From positions 82,977-115,645 of IMG/VR virus record IMGVR_UViG_3300037189_028117: a DNA stretch of 32,669 bases. The stretch is one strand, 5' to 3'. Both the position numbers and the translations under genes were made by a program. The notes below the pieces were generated by a model, which saw only the letters and a list, made by a program, of their open reading frames with translations, ran no database searches and was not told the origin of the DNA. Positions 1-8,272 of the stretch are shown piece after piece (positions within the stretch are counted from its first letter, which is position 1; every line of letters begins with the position of its first letter). The stretch is from a virus. Its lineage: Duplodnaviria > Heunggongvirae > Uroviricota > Caudoviricetes.

Positions 1-8
1 GTCCAATA

Positions 9-554
9 ATGAATGAAGCTCAACAAGAGCTTCTTCAAGAACTTAAACAAGCTCTTATAGCAATGCCGGCTGATCCAGAAGGTTTAGCTGGTTGGTTGCT
101 TGATAATTATCAAATGACAAAAGTTGGATCTGGAAAGCCAGTCAATGAATTTTATGATCCAAATAAAAAATTAAAAGAAGAAATAAAAATTCATGATAAT
201 CCATTCTTTAAAAAGACCGGATTGGATGTTGAAAAACTTAATTCTTTGGGTCAAGAAAAAAGAAAACAATTAGTTAGCCAAATTCAAGCGGCCGAAGATG
301 ATGAAGAAGAATTTTCTTCAGAAGAAGATGATCCAAATGACCCTTATGTAAAACTTGCGCTGTCTAATATGGAAGGTGCAAGAAATCTTACAAAAAAAGA
401 TATAAAAAAATTAAGAGCTAATTATGAAGAGGAAGATGATGGTTCTGATGATTTGCCACCACTTTTGCAACAAGATAGATTACTTAGATTGCAAAAACAA
501 CAAGATATTGCTTCGGGAATAAGATCTGATAAAAATGGTTTCTCTAGAGGTTAA
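9..554 (+). CDS. Hypothetical acidic protein
   Basis: 181-aa ORF with D/E-rich tracts (AEDDEEEFSSEEDD); the ATG overlaps an upstream TAA; no family recognised. Confidence 0.7.
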   Translation: MNEAQQELLQELKQALIAMPADPEGLAGWLLDNYQMTKVGSGKPVNEFYDPNKKLKEEIKIHDNPFFKKTGLDVEKLNSLGQEKRKQLVSQIQAAEDDEEEFSSEEDDPNDPYVKLALSNMEGARNLTKKDIKKLRANYEEEDDGSDDLPPLLQQDRLLRLQKQQDIASGIRSDKNGFSRG

Positions 555-556
555 TC

Positions 557-862
557 ATGCTTAGAATTATAGATAATAAAAGAATAGAAATGACCGATGA
601 TGAATATCAGTCTTATAATGATATTTGTAACGCTTATGTTCAAGGCAAAGATTTATTTAAAGATCTATTCGAAACTGATGAAAATGGAATTATTATATTT
701 ATAAAAACTCCAAGTAAAATGTTCAGTTTAGAAGCTCTTCTTTTTATACAAAATTTAATGGTTCATCAACACTTAAGAATAATATATGGTGAATTCAGAA
801 AATCTATGGAAGAATTAAATCAAATGAAACAAGATGTTCTTTCGATGCTCAAAAAAGAGTAA
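557..862 (+). CDS. Hypothetical protein
   Basis: 101-aa ORF, GAGG SD-like sequence at about 546-549, coupled to the previous ORF. Confidence 0.7.
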   Translation: MLRIIDNKRIEMTDDEYQSYNDICNAYVQGKDLFKDLFETDENGIIIFIKTPSKMFSLEALLFIQNLMVHQHLRIIYGEFRKSMEELNQMKQDVLSMLKKE

Positions 863-905
863 TTAGAAAAAGTTCGACATACCCTTTAATAGCAATAGTC
901 ATACT

Positions 906-1397
906 ATGACTTGGGAAACAGTAGAACAAAATAAAGATACAGTAGAAATTATAGAAAAAAAAGAACCAACATCATCAGATGTTGTGGAAGATTTAATATC
1001 CAAAATATCTTTCGAATTAAAGGTTGCTCATGAAACAAAGTACGATTCAGCGGAAGCAGAAAAAACCGCTGCCTTATGTTTAAGAGCTTTAACTGAACTT
1101 TCAGAATTTTTAGCCGAGGCTGACTTAATCTCCAAAGAGAAAAAGTCCGATCTTGAATCTACTTCTGGAGAACGTTATATGTTTTATAAGTTCAATTATA
1201 AATTGGACGGGAATTCTGTTAAACTCTCCGATGAAGGTGTTGGACATTTAGTTGCTCAAGATCCAAAAGTTAAGAAAGCAAAATCGGAATTATATCAAGC
1301 TGAATCCGATTCAAATAAATGGAAAAATCTTTTTGGAATGCTCAAAGATGCTCATATATTTTTTAGAGGATTATCAAAAGGTCGTCTTGATATATGA
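906..1397 (+). CDS. Helical protein, candidate UvsY-like recombination mediator
   Basis: Size, helical/coiled-coil pattern (DPKVKKAKSELYQAE...WKNLFGMLKDAH) and position one gene upstream of the RecA/UvsX gene. Function is inference. Confidence 0.4.
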   Translation: MTWETVEQNKDTVEIIEKKEPTSSDVVEDLISKISFELKVAHETKYDSAEAEKTAALCLRALTELSEFLAEADLISKEKKSDLESTSGERYMFYKFNYKLDGNSVKLSDEGVGHLVAQDPKVKKAKSELYQAESDSNKWKNLFGMLKDAHIFFRGLSKGRLDI

Positions 1398-2305
1398 TTA
1401 AACCCGGAGACCAATTTGGTCGATGGACCGTTATATCTAATAAGTTTTATTTAAGAAAAAACCTAAACATACCTGCTTATAAAGATAATACACGACAAGC
1501 TTTTTACACATGCATATGTGCGTGTGGATCAAAAAAATATGTTTTTGAAACTGGATTATTAAGAGGTTCTTCCAAATCATGCGGATGCCTAAGGAAAGAG
1601 TTAAAAATTTCCAAAGATCCATGGAAAACAGAATTTAATATTTACAAAAATCATATATTTAAACTCAAGCCAAACCTTGAATTTTCTATTAATGAATATA
1701 ATTTTAAATCTTTATCTTTAAATAATTGTTTTTATTGCGGAGTTGAACCAAATATAAAAACTAAAACTGGAAACCAATACAAAAATGGAATTGATAGATT
1801 AAATAATGATATTGGTTATAATTTGGAAAATTGCGTTTCTTGTTGCATAGAATGCAATTTTATGAAGTCATCTTTAAATGTTGATAGTTTTCTTAATTTG
1901 GTAAATAATATTTATAGTTATTATTTCAATAATGTCAACCTGACAATAGATCCCGAGCCATTAATAATTAAAAAACCAACCTTAGTTTCTGATAAAATTT
2001 GGGAAACAGAACATAAAAGAATGAAAAGGGATATTGAGTCAAGAAATAGAGAGTTTAATGTTGACATAAACTCATTTACCAAGTTAGTTACGGCAAGGTG
2101 TTATTATTGCGGAGCTGCCCCGTTTAAAAAAACACATGTTGGAAAGAAATTTAGAAACGGAATAGATAGAATAAATAATAATCTTGGTTATATAGATAAT
2201 AATATGATTCCTTCATGTTGGAATTGTAATAAAATGAAAGGTAAATTAAATCAAGATATTTTTCTAAATAAAATACAAAAAATAATACAAAAAGGTATAA
2301 AATGA
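1394..2305 (+). CDS. Free-standing homing endonuclease with two tandem HNH-type (His-Me finger, IDR variant) domains
   Basis: N-terminal GDQFGRWTV...CxCG...KSCGC motif, then two copies of CxYCG...NGIDRxNNxxGYxxxNxxxxCxxCNxMK. Confidence 0.85.
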   Translation: MIKPGDQFGRWTVISNKFYLRKNLNIPAYKDNTRQAFYTCICACGSKKYVFETGLLRGSSKSCGCLRKELKISKDPWKTEFNIYKNHIFKLKPNLEFSINEYNFKSLSLNNCFYCGVEPNIKTKTGNQYKNGIDRLNNDIGYNLENCVSCCIECNFMKSSLNVDSFLNLVNNIYSYYFNNVNLTIDPEPLIIKKPTLVSDKIWETEHKRMKRDIESRNREFNVDINSFTKLVTARCYYCGAAPFKKTHVGKKFRNGIDRINNNLGYIDNNMIPSCWNCNKMKGKLNQDIFLNKIQKIIQKGIK

Positions 2306-3270
2306 CAAAAACAAAAGAAAAAATAAAAGTTGATATTAACAAATTAGTTTCATCAGTAAAAAGCTCATATGGCAAAGATAAGGGAAGAGCTTCTCAAATA
2401 TCTACGGGAGCAAGCATATCAAAACCAACAGAAGATAAGGATTTCGTACACTGGAAAGATTCTCCATGGGAAATGTTAACGGGTATAAAGGGATTACCTT
2501 TCGGTAAGGTCGTTCAAATTGCAGGTAGACCAGATTCAGGTAAGAGTAGTCATGCTTCTTTATTTATGAAGCAAGCTCAAGATCAAAATGTTCTTGTTAT
2601 TCTTTGGGATACGGAAGGCAAGTTTTCCGCAACACGTTTTAACAAATATTTCAATGGAAACGCGGATGAATTAATTGTTGTAACTTCAAGAATGATTTTA
2701 GAGGGCGGTGATGAGGTTGAAAGAATAGTTCACGCTGCTAAAGAACAAGACCCAGATTGTAAAATATTAATCGTTTGGGATTCTGTTGGCGGAACTCTTG
2801 CAAAAAATGAAGACGAAAACTCCCTTGACCAATCAAAACAAATGGCTTCTGCTTCCAAAGAAAATGGATCAGTTATGCGAGCATTTGTTAGATTGATGGA
2901 AAAATATAAAAACAAAGAAACAAACGATGAAAGCATTGCTGTTCTTTTGATAAATCAATCATATGCAAATATTGGCGCTCCAGGCCAAAAAGAATCTGGC
3001 GGCCAAAAAGTTGAATATTTTTCAAGTATAATTGTTCAATTAACCAGAAAATCTGATTTAACAAAAGTTGTTAAAGGTATGAAGATGAAAATAGGTATTG
3101 TAACAAGAGCAAAGGTTAAGAAAAATCATCTATTTGATGGAGAGAGTTCGGTTGCAGAGCTTGATCTTATTGTAACGGCTGGTGGAATTAACTTATTATC
3201 AACTCAAAAAGTTAAGAAAGAAGAGACTTTTGGAGATGATGGTGATACAGAGATAGAAGGCGAAGAATAA
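2302..3270 (+). CDS. recA: RecA/UvsX-family recombinase
   Basis: Walker A GRPDSGKS, WDTEGKF, Walker B ILIVWDSVG, LLINQ, SGGQKVEYFSSIIVQL, KVKKNH, acidic tail. Confidence 0.93.
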   Translation: MTKTKEKIKVDINKLVSSVKSSYGKDKGRASQISTGASISKPTEDKDFVHWKDSPWEMLTGIKGLPFGKVVQIAGRPDSGKSSHASLFMKQAQDQNVLVILWDTEGKFSATRFNKYFNGNADELIVVTSRMILEGGDEVERIVHAAKEQDPDCKILIVWDSVGGTLAKNEDENSLDQSKQMASASKENGSVMRAFVRLMEKYKNKETNDESIAVLLINQSYANIGAPGQKESGGQKVEYFSSIIVQLTRKSDLTKVVKGMKMKIGIVTRAKVKKNHLFDGESSVAELDLIVTAGGINLLSTQKVKKEETFGDDGDTEIEGEE

Positions 3271-4115
3271 TGTGGGTATTATCCAAGGTCTGTTCAAATA
3301 AATCTTGCAAATATGCTGGAAAAGAACAGACCTTGGATAATTTTATTTTTAGAAAAGATCGGTTAATTTTCGAAAAAAGATGCGTAACTTGTATTAAAGA
3401 ATATAAAAAAGAATATTATATTAAAAATAAACATAATATAAAACAAAAATCAAAATCATATTATGAATCAAATAATTCTATTATAAAAGAAAAACAATTT
3501 AATTATAATTTTAAAAACAAAAATAAAAAATCAAATTATGATAAGAAATATAGATTACTAAATTTAAATAAAAGAAAAGAATCTTATAAAAAATATAAAG
3601 AAAACAATCCTGAAAAGGTAAAGGTTTATAATAACAACTATAAAATACAAAACAAAGATAAATTAAATGAATATATGAAAAATTATATGTCATTTAAACG
3701 TAAAGATTTAAAATTTAAATTGAAATCTAGAATTTCAAATTATATTTATTTATCTATAAAAAACAAAAAAGAAAGTATTTTTAGTTATTTACCATATTCT
3801 TTAGATGAATTAATTAAAAATATAGAAAGTAAATTTGAGTATTGGATGAGTTGGAGTAATTGGGGAAAATATAATTCAAGCAATTGGAATGATGAAGATT
3901 CATCCACTTGGGTTTGGAATATAGATCACATAATACCGCACTCTACTTTTAATTATAAATCATTTGAGGATGAAGATTTTAAAAAATGTTGGTCTTTAGA
4001 TAACTTAAGGCCTTATTCTGCAAAACAAAATATTTTAGATGGATCAAGTAAGGTTCGTCACAAAAAAGAAAAAGAAGATAGTTCCGAGAAGCAATACAAG
4101 CAAAATATAGCGTAG
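3270..4115 (+). CDS. HNH homing endonuclease (paralog of 21314-22018)
   Basis: N-terminal Cys knuckle, K/Y/N-rich linker, WMSWSNWG...WNIDHIIP...CWSLDNLRPYSAKQN HNH core. Confidence 0.85.
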   Translation: MWVLSKVCSNKSCKYAGKEQTLDNFIFRKDRLIFEKRCVTCIKEYKKEYYIKNKHNIKQKSKSYYESNNSIIKEKQFNYNFKNKNKKSNYDKKYRLLNLNKRKESYKKYKENNPEKVKVYNNNYKIQNKDKLNEYMKNYMSFKRKDLKFKLKSRISNYIYLSIKNKKESIFSYLPYSLDELIKNIESKFEYWMSWSNWGKYNSSNWNDEDSSTWVWNIDHIIPHSTFNYKSFEDEDFKKCWSLDNLRPYSAKQNILDGSSKVRHKKEKEDSSEKQYKQNIA

Positions 4116-4116
4116 T

Positions 4117-4237
4117 ATAAGAGACAAACCAATTGCCACTTATCTCTTAATTCTAGAGATACTTATAACTTGCCTGGGGAGGTGATATTGGTTTTCTGTA
4201 GAGAAATATTTAATTCTACTATTGGTTTGTCTCTTAT
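4117..4237 (+). ncRNA. Structured intergenic element (candidate cis-regulatory RNA switch)
   Basis: Perfect 17-bp inverted repeat ATAAGAGACAAACCAAT (4117-4133) / ATTGGTTTGTCTCTTAT (4221-4237) enclosing hairpins at 4141-4161 and 4193-4206, plus a second ATTGGTTT at 4187-4194. Confidence 0.6.
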
Positions 4238-4244
4238 CTTTTAG
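4188..4244 (+). CDS. Candidate 18-aa uORF (MVFCREIFNSTIGLSLIF), TTG start
   Basis: Full SD GGAGGTGAT at 4178-4186, with GGAGG 5 nt before the TTG; the stop TAG overlaps the SD of the next gene. Confidence 0.35.
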   Translation: MVFCREIFNSTIGLSLIF

Positions 4245-4253
4245 AGGTTTGAA

Positions 4254-4610
4254 ATGAATAATTTAATACAAAAAGGTGATATTCAGGAAGCGAATGTTTC
4301 TGGATTAATTGATCAAAAACTGAAGGAAAATAGCAATATTCCTGTATATATTGTAGCGGTTGATGATCCAAGAAATGAAAATAATTATAAACAATTTGTT
4401 TGTACAAGAGTAACAGAGTGTTCGAATTATTTAGAAATAATTGGTTTTTCAGCTGACACAAAAACAATAAATGCTATAAAAAGTATAAACGAAGTCAATA
4501 ATATAGTCCAAAAGAAAAATATTAAATATGAAAATCATAAATTTTCGTGGACAAAAGTAATAGACATAAACAACATAACATATAAAAAAAGCATAGGAGA
4601 TAAAAAATGA
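4254..4610 (+). CDS. Hypothetical protein
   Basis: 118-aa ORF, AGAGG SD at 4243-4247, ATGA overlap with the SSB gene. Confidence 0.75.
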   Translation: MNNLIQKGDIQEANVSGLIDQKLKENSNIPVYIVAVDDPRNENNYKQFVCTRVTECSNYLEIIGFSADTKTINAIKSINEVNNIVQKKNIKYENHKFSWTKVIDINNITYKKSIGDKK

Positions 4611-5266
4611 GTCAATTTGGATTAACAGAATGGGAAGATGTAGAAGTTGGATCACAAAACAGAGAAAAGAAAAATTTTGCAGATACTTTTCTTAAGTTAC
4701 AACAAGGTTCTAACGTATTAAGAATAATTACAAAACCACACGAGTTTTTAGTTCATCAATACAAACCACATGAAAAAGACCCAGGTTTTGGGGTGAGAAT
4801 ACTTTCATCTCAAGCTCACGGAAAAGACCCTCTAGTTGAAATGGGTCTAAGACCAAAACGAAGATGGTATGTAGGAGTAATTGATAGAAAAACAGCATCT
4901 TATAAGGTGCTAGAGATATCATCTGTTGTATTGAAATCAATTCAATCATTAGTAAGAGATGAAGATTGGGGAGATCCATCACAATATGACATTGATATAA
5001 AGGTTGATAAAAATGGTGGTGCTCAAGGCTATTACAGCGTTGTTGCAAAACCAAAGAAACCATTAACACAAGAGGATATTGACATTAAAGCAAGTGTAGA
5101 TCTTGAGCAACTCAAGCGTTTATGCTCCCCTCCAACATATGAGCAAGTGTTGGAAAAGGTAAAGATGGCACAATCAAAATCACCAAACTTCAACAATGAC
5201 TCGGTTAGCAGGCCAGCTCCAGTTGTTGATGACGAAGATGATGATACAGATTTTCCAGCAGCTTAA
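4607..5266 (+). CDS. Single-stranded DNA-binding protein, T4 gp32-like
   Basis: FLKLQQGSNVLRII...RWYVGVIDR...GDPSQYDIDIK...YYSV pattern and acidic C-tail DDEDDDTDFPAA, in a recombination operon. Confidence 0.75.
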   Translation: MSQFGLTEWEDVEVGSQNREKKNFADTFLKLQQGSNVLRIITKPHEFLVHQYKPHEKDPGFGVRILSSQAHGKDPLVEMGLRPKRRWYVGVIDRKTASYKVLEISSVVLKSIQSLVRDEDWGDPSQYDIDIKVDKNGGAQGYYSVVAKPKKPLTQEDIDIKASVDLEQLKRLCSPPTYEQVLEKVKMAQSKSPNFNNDSVSRPAPVVDDEDDDTDFPAA

Positions 5267-5282
5267 ATAATTAGCTTAAAAT

Positions 5283-5318
5283 AAAAAAAGGATTGGATAA
5301 AACCGATCCTTTTTTTTT
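5283..5318 (+). terminator. Rho-independent terminator (possibly bidirectional)
   Basis: A7 - GGATTGG / CCGATCC stem (5290-5296 / 5303-5309) - T9. Confidence 0.85.
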
Positions 5319-5336
5319 GTTGATATATATCCTTTT

Positions 5337-5897
5337 ATGATTCTACTTGGATTTGATATATCTTCATCTGTTATTGGTTATTCTGTAATAGAATATAAAA
5401 ATAACAAAATAAAACTTTTACATTACGATTATTATGAACCATTAAATACACAAAAACATTCTTTATATGAAAGTTTGGTTGAAGTAAAGAAATTTGTAAG
5501 ACAAAAAGTAGAAGAGTTTAAGCCTGACAAAATAATTATAGAAGATATAGCTCAACATTTTTCTGGCAAAGGATCTACGGCAAATACAATTATTAAGCTT
5601 GCGGTTTATAATAGAACTATTTGCTTGACAGTGTTTGAGGAGTATGGTATTGTGCCAGAACTAATAAATGTCAATACTGTTAGGTCTGTATTGAGACCAG
5701 AAGATCACGAAGGAAGATTGATGAAGGAAGATGTTCCTTTTGCTATTGAAAAGATTTTAAAAATAAAATTTAATTTTATTTACAAGAAAAAAGGAAAAAT
5801 TGACACAAAAACATATGATATGGCTGATGCTGTAGCTGTATCTTTAGCTTTTATTATGAAAAACATACAGAACGTCACGAAAGGTAAGAAAAAGTGA
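5337..5897 (+). CDS. RuvC-like Holliday junction resolvase
   Basis: ILLGFDISSSVIGYS, FKPDKIIIED and DMADAVAV carry the RNase H-fold acidic residues. Confidence 0.85.
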   Translation: MILLGFDISSSVIGYSVIEYKNNKIKLLHYDYYEPLNTQKHSLYESLVEVKKFVRQKVEEFKPDKIIIEDIAQHFSGKGSTANTIIKLAVYNRTICLTVFEEYGIVPELINVNTVRSVLRPEDHEGRLMKEDVPFAIEKILKIKFNFIYKKKGKIDTKTYDMADAVAVSLAFIMKNIQNVTKGKKK

Positions 5898-6862
5898 ATT
5901 TAAAAGAAGCATATGCTGAATTAGGTTTATCCGAAGGAGCTTCGGAAGAAGATGTAAAGCGTGCATTTAAAAAGATGGCCGCTAAGTATCATCCAGATGT
6001 AAATAAAACTGAAGGATCAGAAGATAAATTTAAAAGAATAAATGAAGCTAAAAGGGTTATAGATAATCCTCCAAAAGAAAACTTTAATCCATTTTCTGGG
6101 TTTGGCGGAGGTTTTGGGGTTGATTTTAACAATTTTATGGTTCGAAAAACAATGGTTCCAAAAAGAAGACCTTCGGCCAATTATAATTTATATATTACAT
6201 TTGCGGAATCAGTTCTTGGTTGCAAGAAGACAATATCTTATGATAGATATATAAAATGCAACTCATGCGTTGGAAATGGTCTTATTAAAGATGACAAAAA
6301 TAAATGTACCAATTGTGATGGAAGAGGTGAAACAATACGTCAATCTGGAAATACAGTGATAAGAATGACGTGCAATTCTTGTAAGGGCAAAGGTTTTATT
6401 GGCTCTGATTGTTCTACTTGTGATGGGTTTGGAACCGTAAAATCCAATGTAAAAGATGTAATGATAAACATTCCACCAGGAATTACAACAGGAACAACCG
6501 GAATGGAAAGTGCTGGGAACTTCATTGGAACTGTTCAAATGAATGGTAATATTCATGATAACTATGATAATTTATATATAAATGTTTTTGTAGAACCTGA
6601 TTCTGAAATGAGTTTAGATGAGGAAGGAAATGTTGTTTCGGAGATAAATATAAGCTTATTGGATGCTCTTAAAGGTACGGTAAAGGAAGTAAATACTGTT
6701 AAAGGTAAATTAAAATTAAAAATACCAAATAAAGTTAAAAATAATCAAAAAATTGAAGCAAAAAATTATGGTATAGGGGGAGAAGGTTCTCATTTATTTA
6801 ATATAAATGTTAATTATCCGGAAGAAGTTGATAATTTAATTTCTTATTTGGAAGGTTTGTAA
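5894..6862 (+). CDS. dnaJ: Full-length DnaJ (Hsp40) co-chaperone
   Basis: J-domain with HPD, short G/F linker, four CxxCxGxG repeats and a C-terminal substrate-binding domain; GTG start overlaps the resolvase TGA. Confidence 0.92.
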   Translation: MNLKEAYAELGLSEGASEEDVKRAFKKMAAKYHPDVNKTEGSEDKFKRINEAKRVIDNPPKENFNPFSGFGGGFGVDFNNFMVRKTMVPKRRPSANYNLYITFAESVLGCKKTISYDRYIKCNSCVGNGLIKDDKNKCTNCDGRGETIRQSGNTVIRMTCNSCKGKGFIGSDCSTCDGFGTVKSNVKDVMINIPPGITTGTTGMESAGNFIGTVQMNGNIHDNYDNLYINVFVEPDSEMSLDEEGNVVSEINISLLDALKGTVKEVNTVKGKLKLKIPNKVKNNQKIEAKNYGIGGEGSHLFNINVNYPEEVDNLISYLEGL

Positions 6863-6864
6863 TA

Positions 6865-7170
6865 ATGGAACAAGAACGCAAAATAGATCTTGCTGATATT
6901 ATTCCAGAATCTGAATTAGAATCTTATACTAATTATTTGGATAAAGATCATTTGGATTATATTTCTTATCACTATCATTTATCACAAGAGTTTATAGAGA
7001 AACATTCAGATAAAGTTAATTGGTGTAATATTTCAGCTTATCAAAAATTATCTGAAGAATTTATCAAAAAACATATAAATAAAATTCATATTGATCAATT
7101 AATGAATTATAACAATAATGTTTCATACAAAATCAAAAAAGAAATAAAAACACTAAAAGAAATAATATAA
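6865..7170 (+). CDS. Tryptophan-repeat-like protein
   Basis: Repeats LSQEFIEKHSDKVNWCNISAYQKLSEEFIKKH, typical of tryptophan-repeat proteins of large DNA viruses and phages. Confidence 0.6.
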   Translation: MEQERKIDLADIIPESELESYTNYLDKDHLDYISYHYHLSQEFIEKHSDKVNWCNISAYQKLSEEFIKKHINKIHIDQLMNYNNNVSYKIKKEIKTLKEII

Positions 7171-7179
7171 AGGAAAACG

Positions 7180-7512
7180 ATGCCATTTTACATACAATGT
7201 TCAAATAAAGGTTGTTGTAAAAATTCTGCCGCTCTCTTAAATGAAGAGACAAATGAAGTTTTTTGCGCAGAATGCGATAGCCCAATACCAGAAGTTACTC
7301 ATTTTACCAAGGTCCAATTGAAATCAATGGGCCAAACCATGAAAAAAAGAAAATCACAAACTTCTTTTTCGATTCAATGCCAATCTTGCAACAAAACAGA
7401 CAGACCAACAATAAAAGATAATAAAGCTTACTGTAAACATTGTAAACAAGAAATGTTAAATGTCTCGGGTGCATTCATTCAGATGTTAAAAACAATAGAT
7501 GGAAATAGTTGA
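7180..7512 (+). CDS. Double zinc-ribbon protein
   Basis: CSNKGC, CAEC, CQSC and CKHC cysteine clusters. Confidence 0.7.
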   Translation: MPFYIQCSNKGCCKNSAALLNEETNEVFCAECDSPIPEVTHFTKVQLKSMGQTMKKRKSQTSFSIQCQSCNKTDRPTIKDNKAYCKHCKQEMLNVSGAFIQMLKTIDGNS

Positions 7513-8272
7513 TATATCAAATAAAATACAAAAAAATTCGCAACAATACTCGGAAGTGTTGTCTGCTACTTTTTCTTTGTTAAAATATGATACTGAAGCA
7601 AAACCATTCTTGAACTATTTAAATTTAAGAGTTCCTCAAAAAATAAAAGGATTCACATCTTTTGGTTGGTTTCCACCAAATTACAGTATAAATAAAATAT
7701 TTCAATATATAAAACCAGAAATATTACAAGAATTAGATTTAATATATAAATCTTCCTCTTTTGATTCTGGCCATGAAGAAGAAGTTTGGGTATCAAAATT
7801 TAACAATCATAATTTAATTATGCCATATCATAACTCTTATGGTGACATTGTTGGTTTAGTTGGCAGAACTCTCCTTTCTTCTCAAGATCAAAAAAAATTA
7901 CAAATATCAAAATATAAAAATACTTCAATTTTAAAATCAGCAAATTTGTTTGGATTATATCAAGCAAAAAAATCAATTATAGAAAAAGATTTAGTTTATG
8001 TTGTTGAAGGACAATTTGATTGCATTACATGTCATAGGTTTGGTTACACCAATGTAGTTGCTTTAGGTGGATCTTCATTTTCAATATATCATCTTCTCCT
8101 ATTAAAAAGATTTACAAATAACATATGCTTAGTTTTAGATAATGATATTGCTGGAGAAAAATCAAAATCAAAAATAATAAATAAATTTGGGTCTATGGCA
8201 AATTTTTCAATTTTTGAATTAAAAGAAGAAAATGATATAGATGAATATTTAAATAAAGGAAAGAAGTTATGA
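7499..8272 (+). CDS. DnaG-type primase catalytic core (TOPRIM), no N-terminal Zn-binding domain
   Basis: IVGLVGR, KYKNT, LFGLYQAK, VVEGQFD, VVALGGS, LVLDNDIAG and DIDEYL motifs. Confidence 0.88.
   Translation: MEIVDISNKIQKNSQQYSEVLSATFSLLKYDTEAKPFLNYLNLRVPQKIKGFTSFGWFPPNYSINKIFQYIKPEILQELDLIYKSSSFDSGHEEEVWVSKFNNHNLIMPYHNSYGDIVGLVGRTLLSSQDQKKLQISKYKNTSILKSANLFGLYQAKKSIIEKDLVYVVEGQFDCITCHRFGYTNVVALGGSSFSIYHLLLLKRFTNNICLVLDNDIAGEKSKSKIINKFGSMANFSIFELKEENDIDEYLNKGKKL

Noticed and set aside
863-905. Sigma70 promoter before ORF 906 (TCGACA ... CATACT)
   Set aside because: The 20-nt spacing is too long and the matches are weak in an AT-rich background.
4117-4237. MITE or IS-end reading of the 17-bp inverted repeat, or an omega/HEARO-type guide RNA for the upstream HNH
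   Set aside because: No informative target-site duplication and no second copy in the window. The HNH has no IscB/RuvC features and its paralog has no such structure downstream. Not fully excluded.
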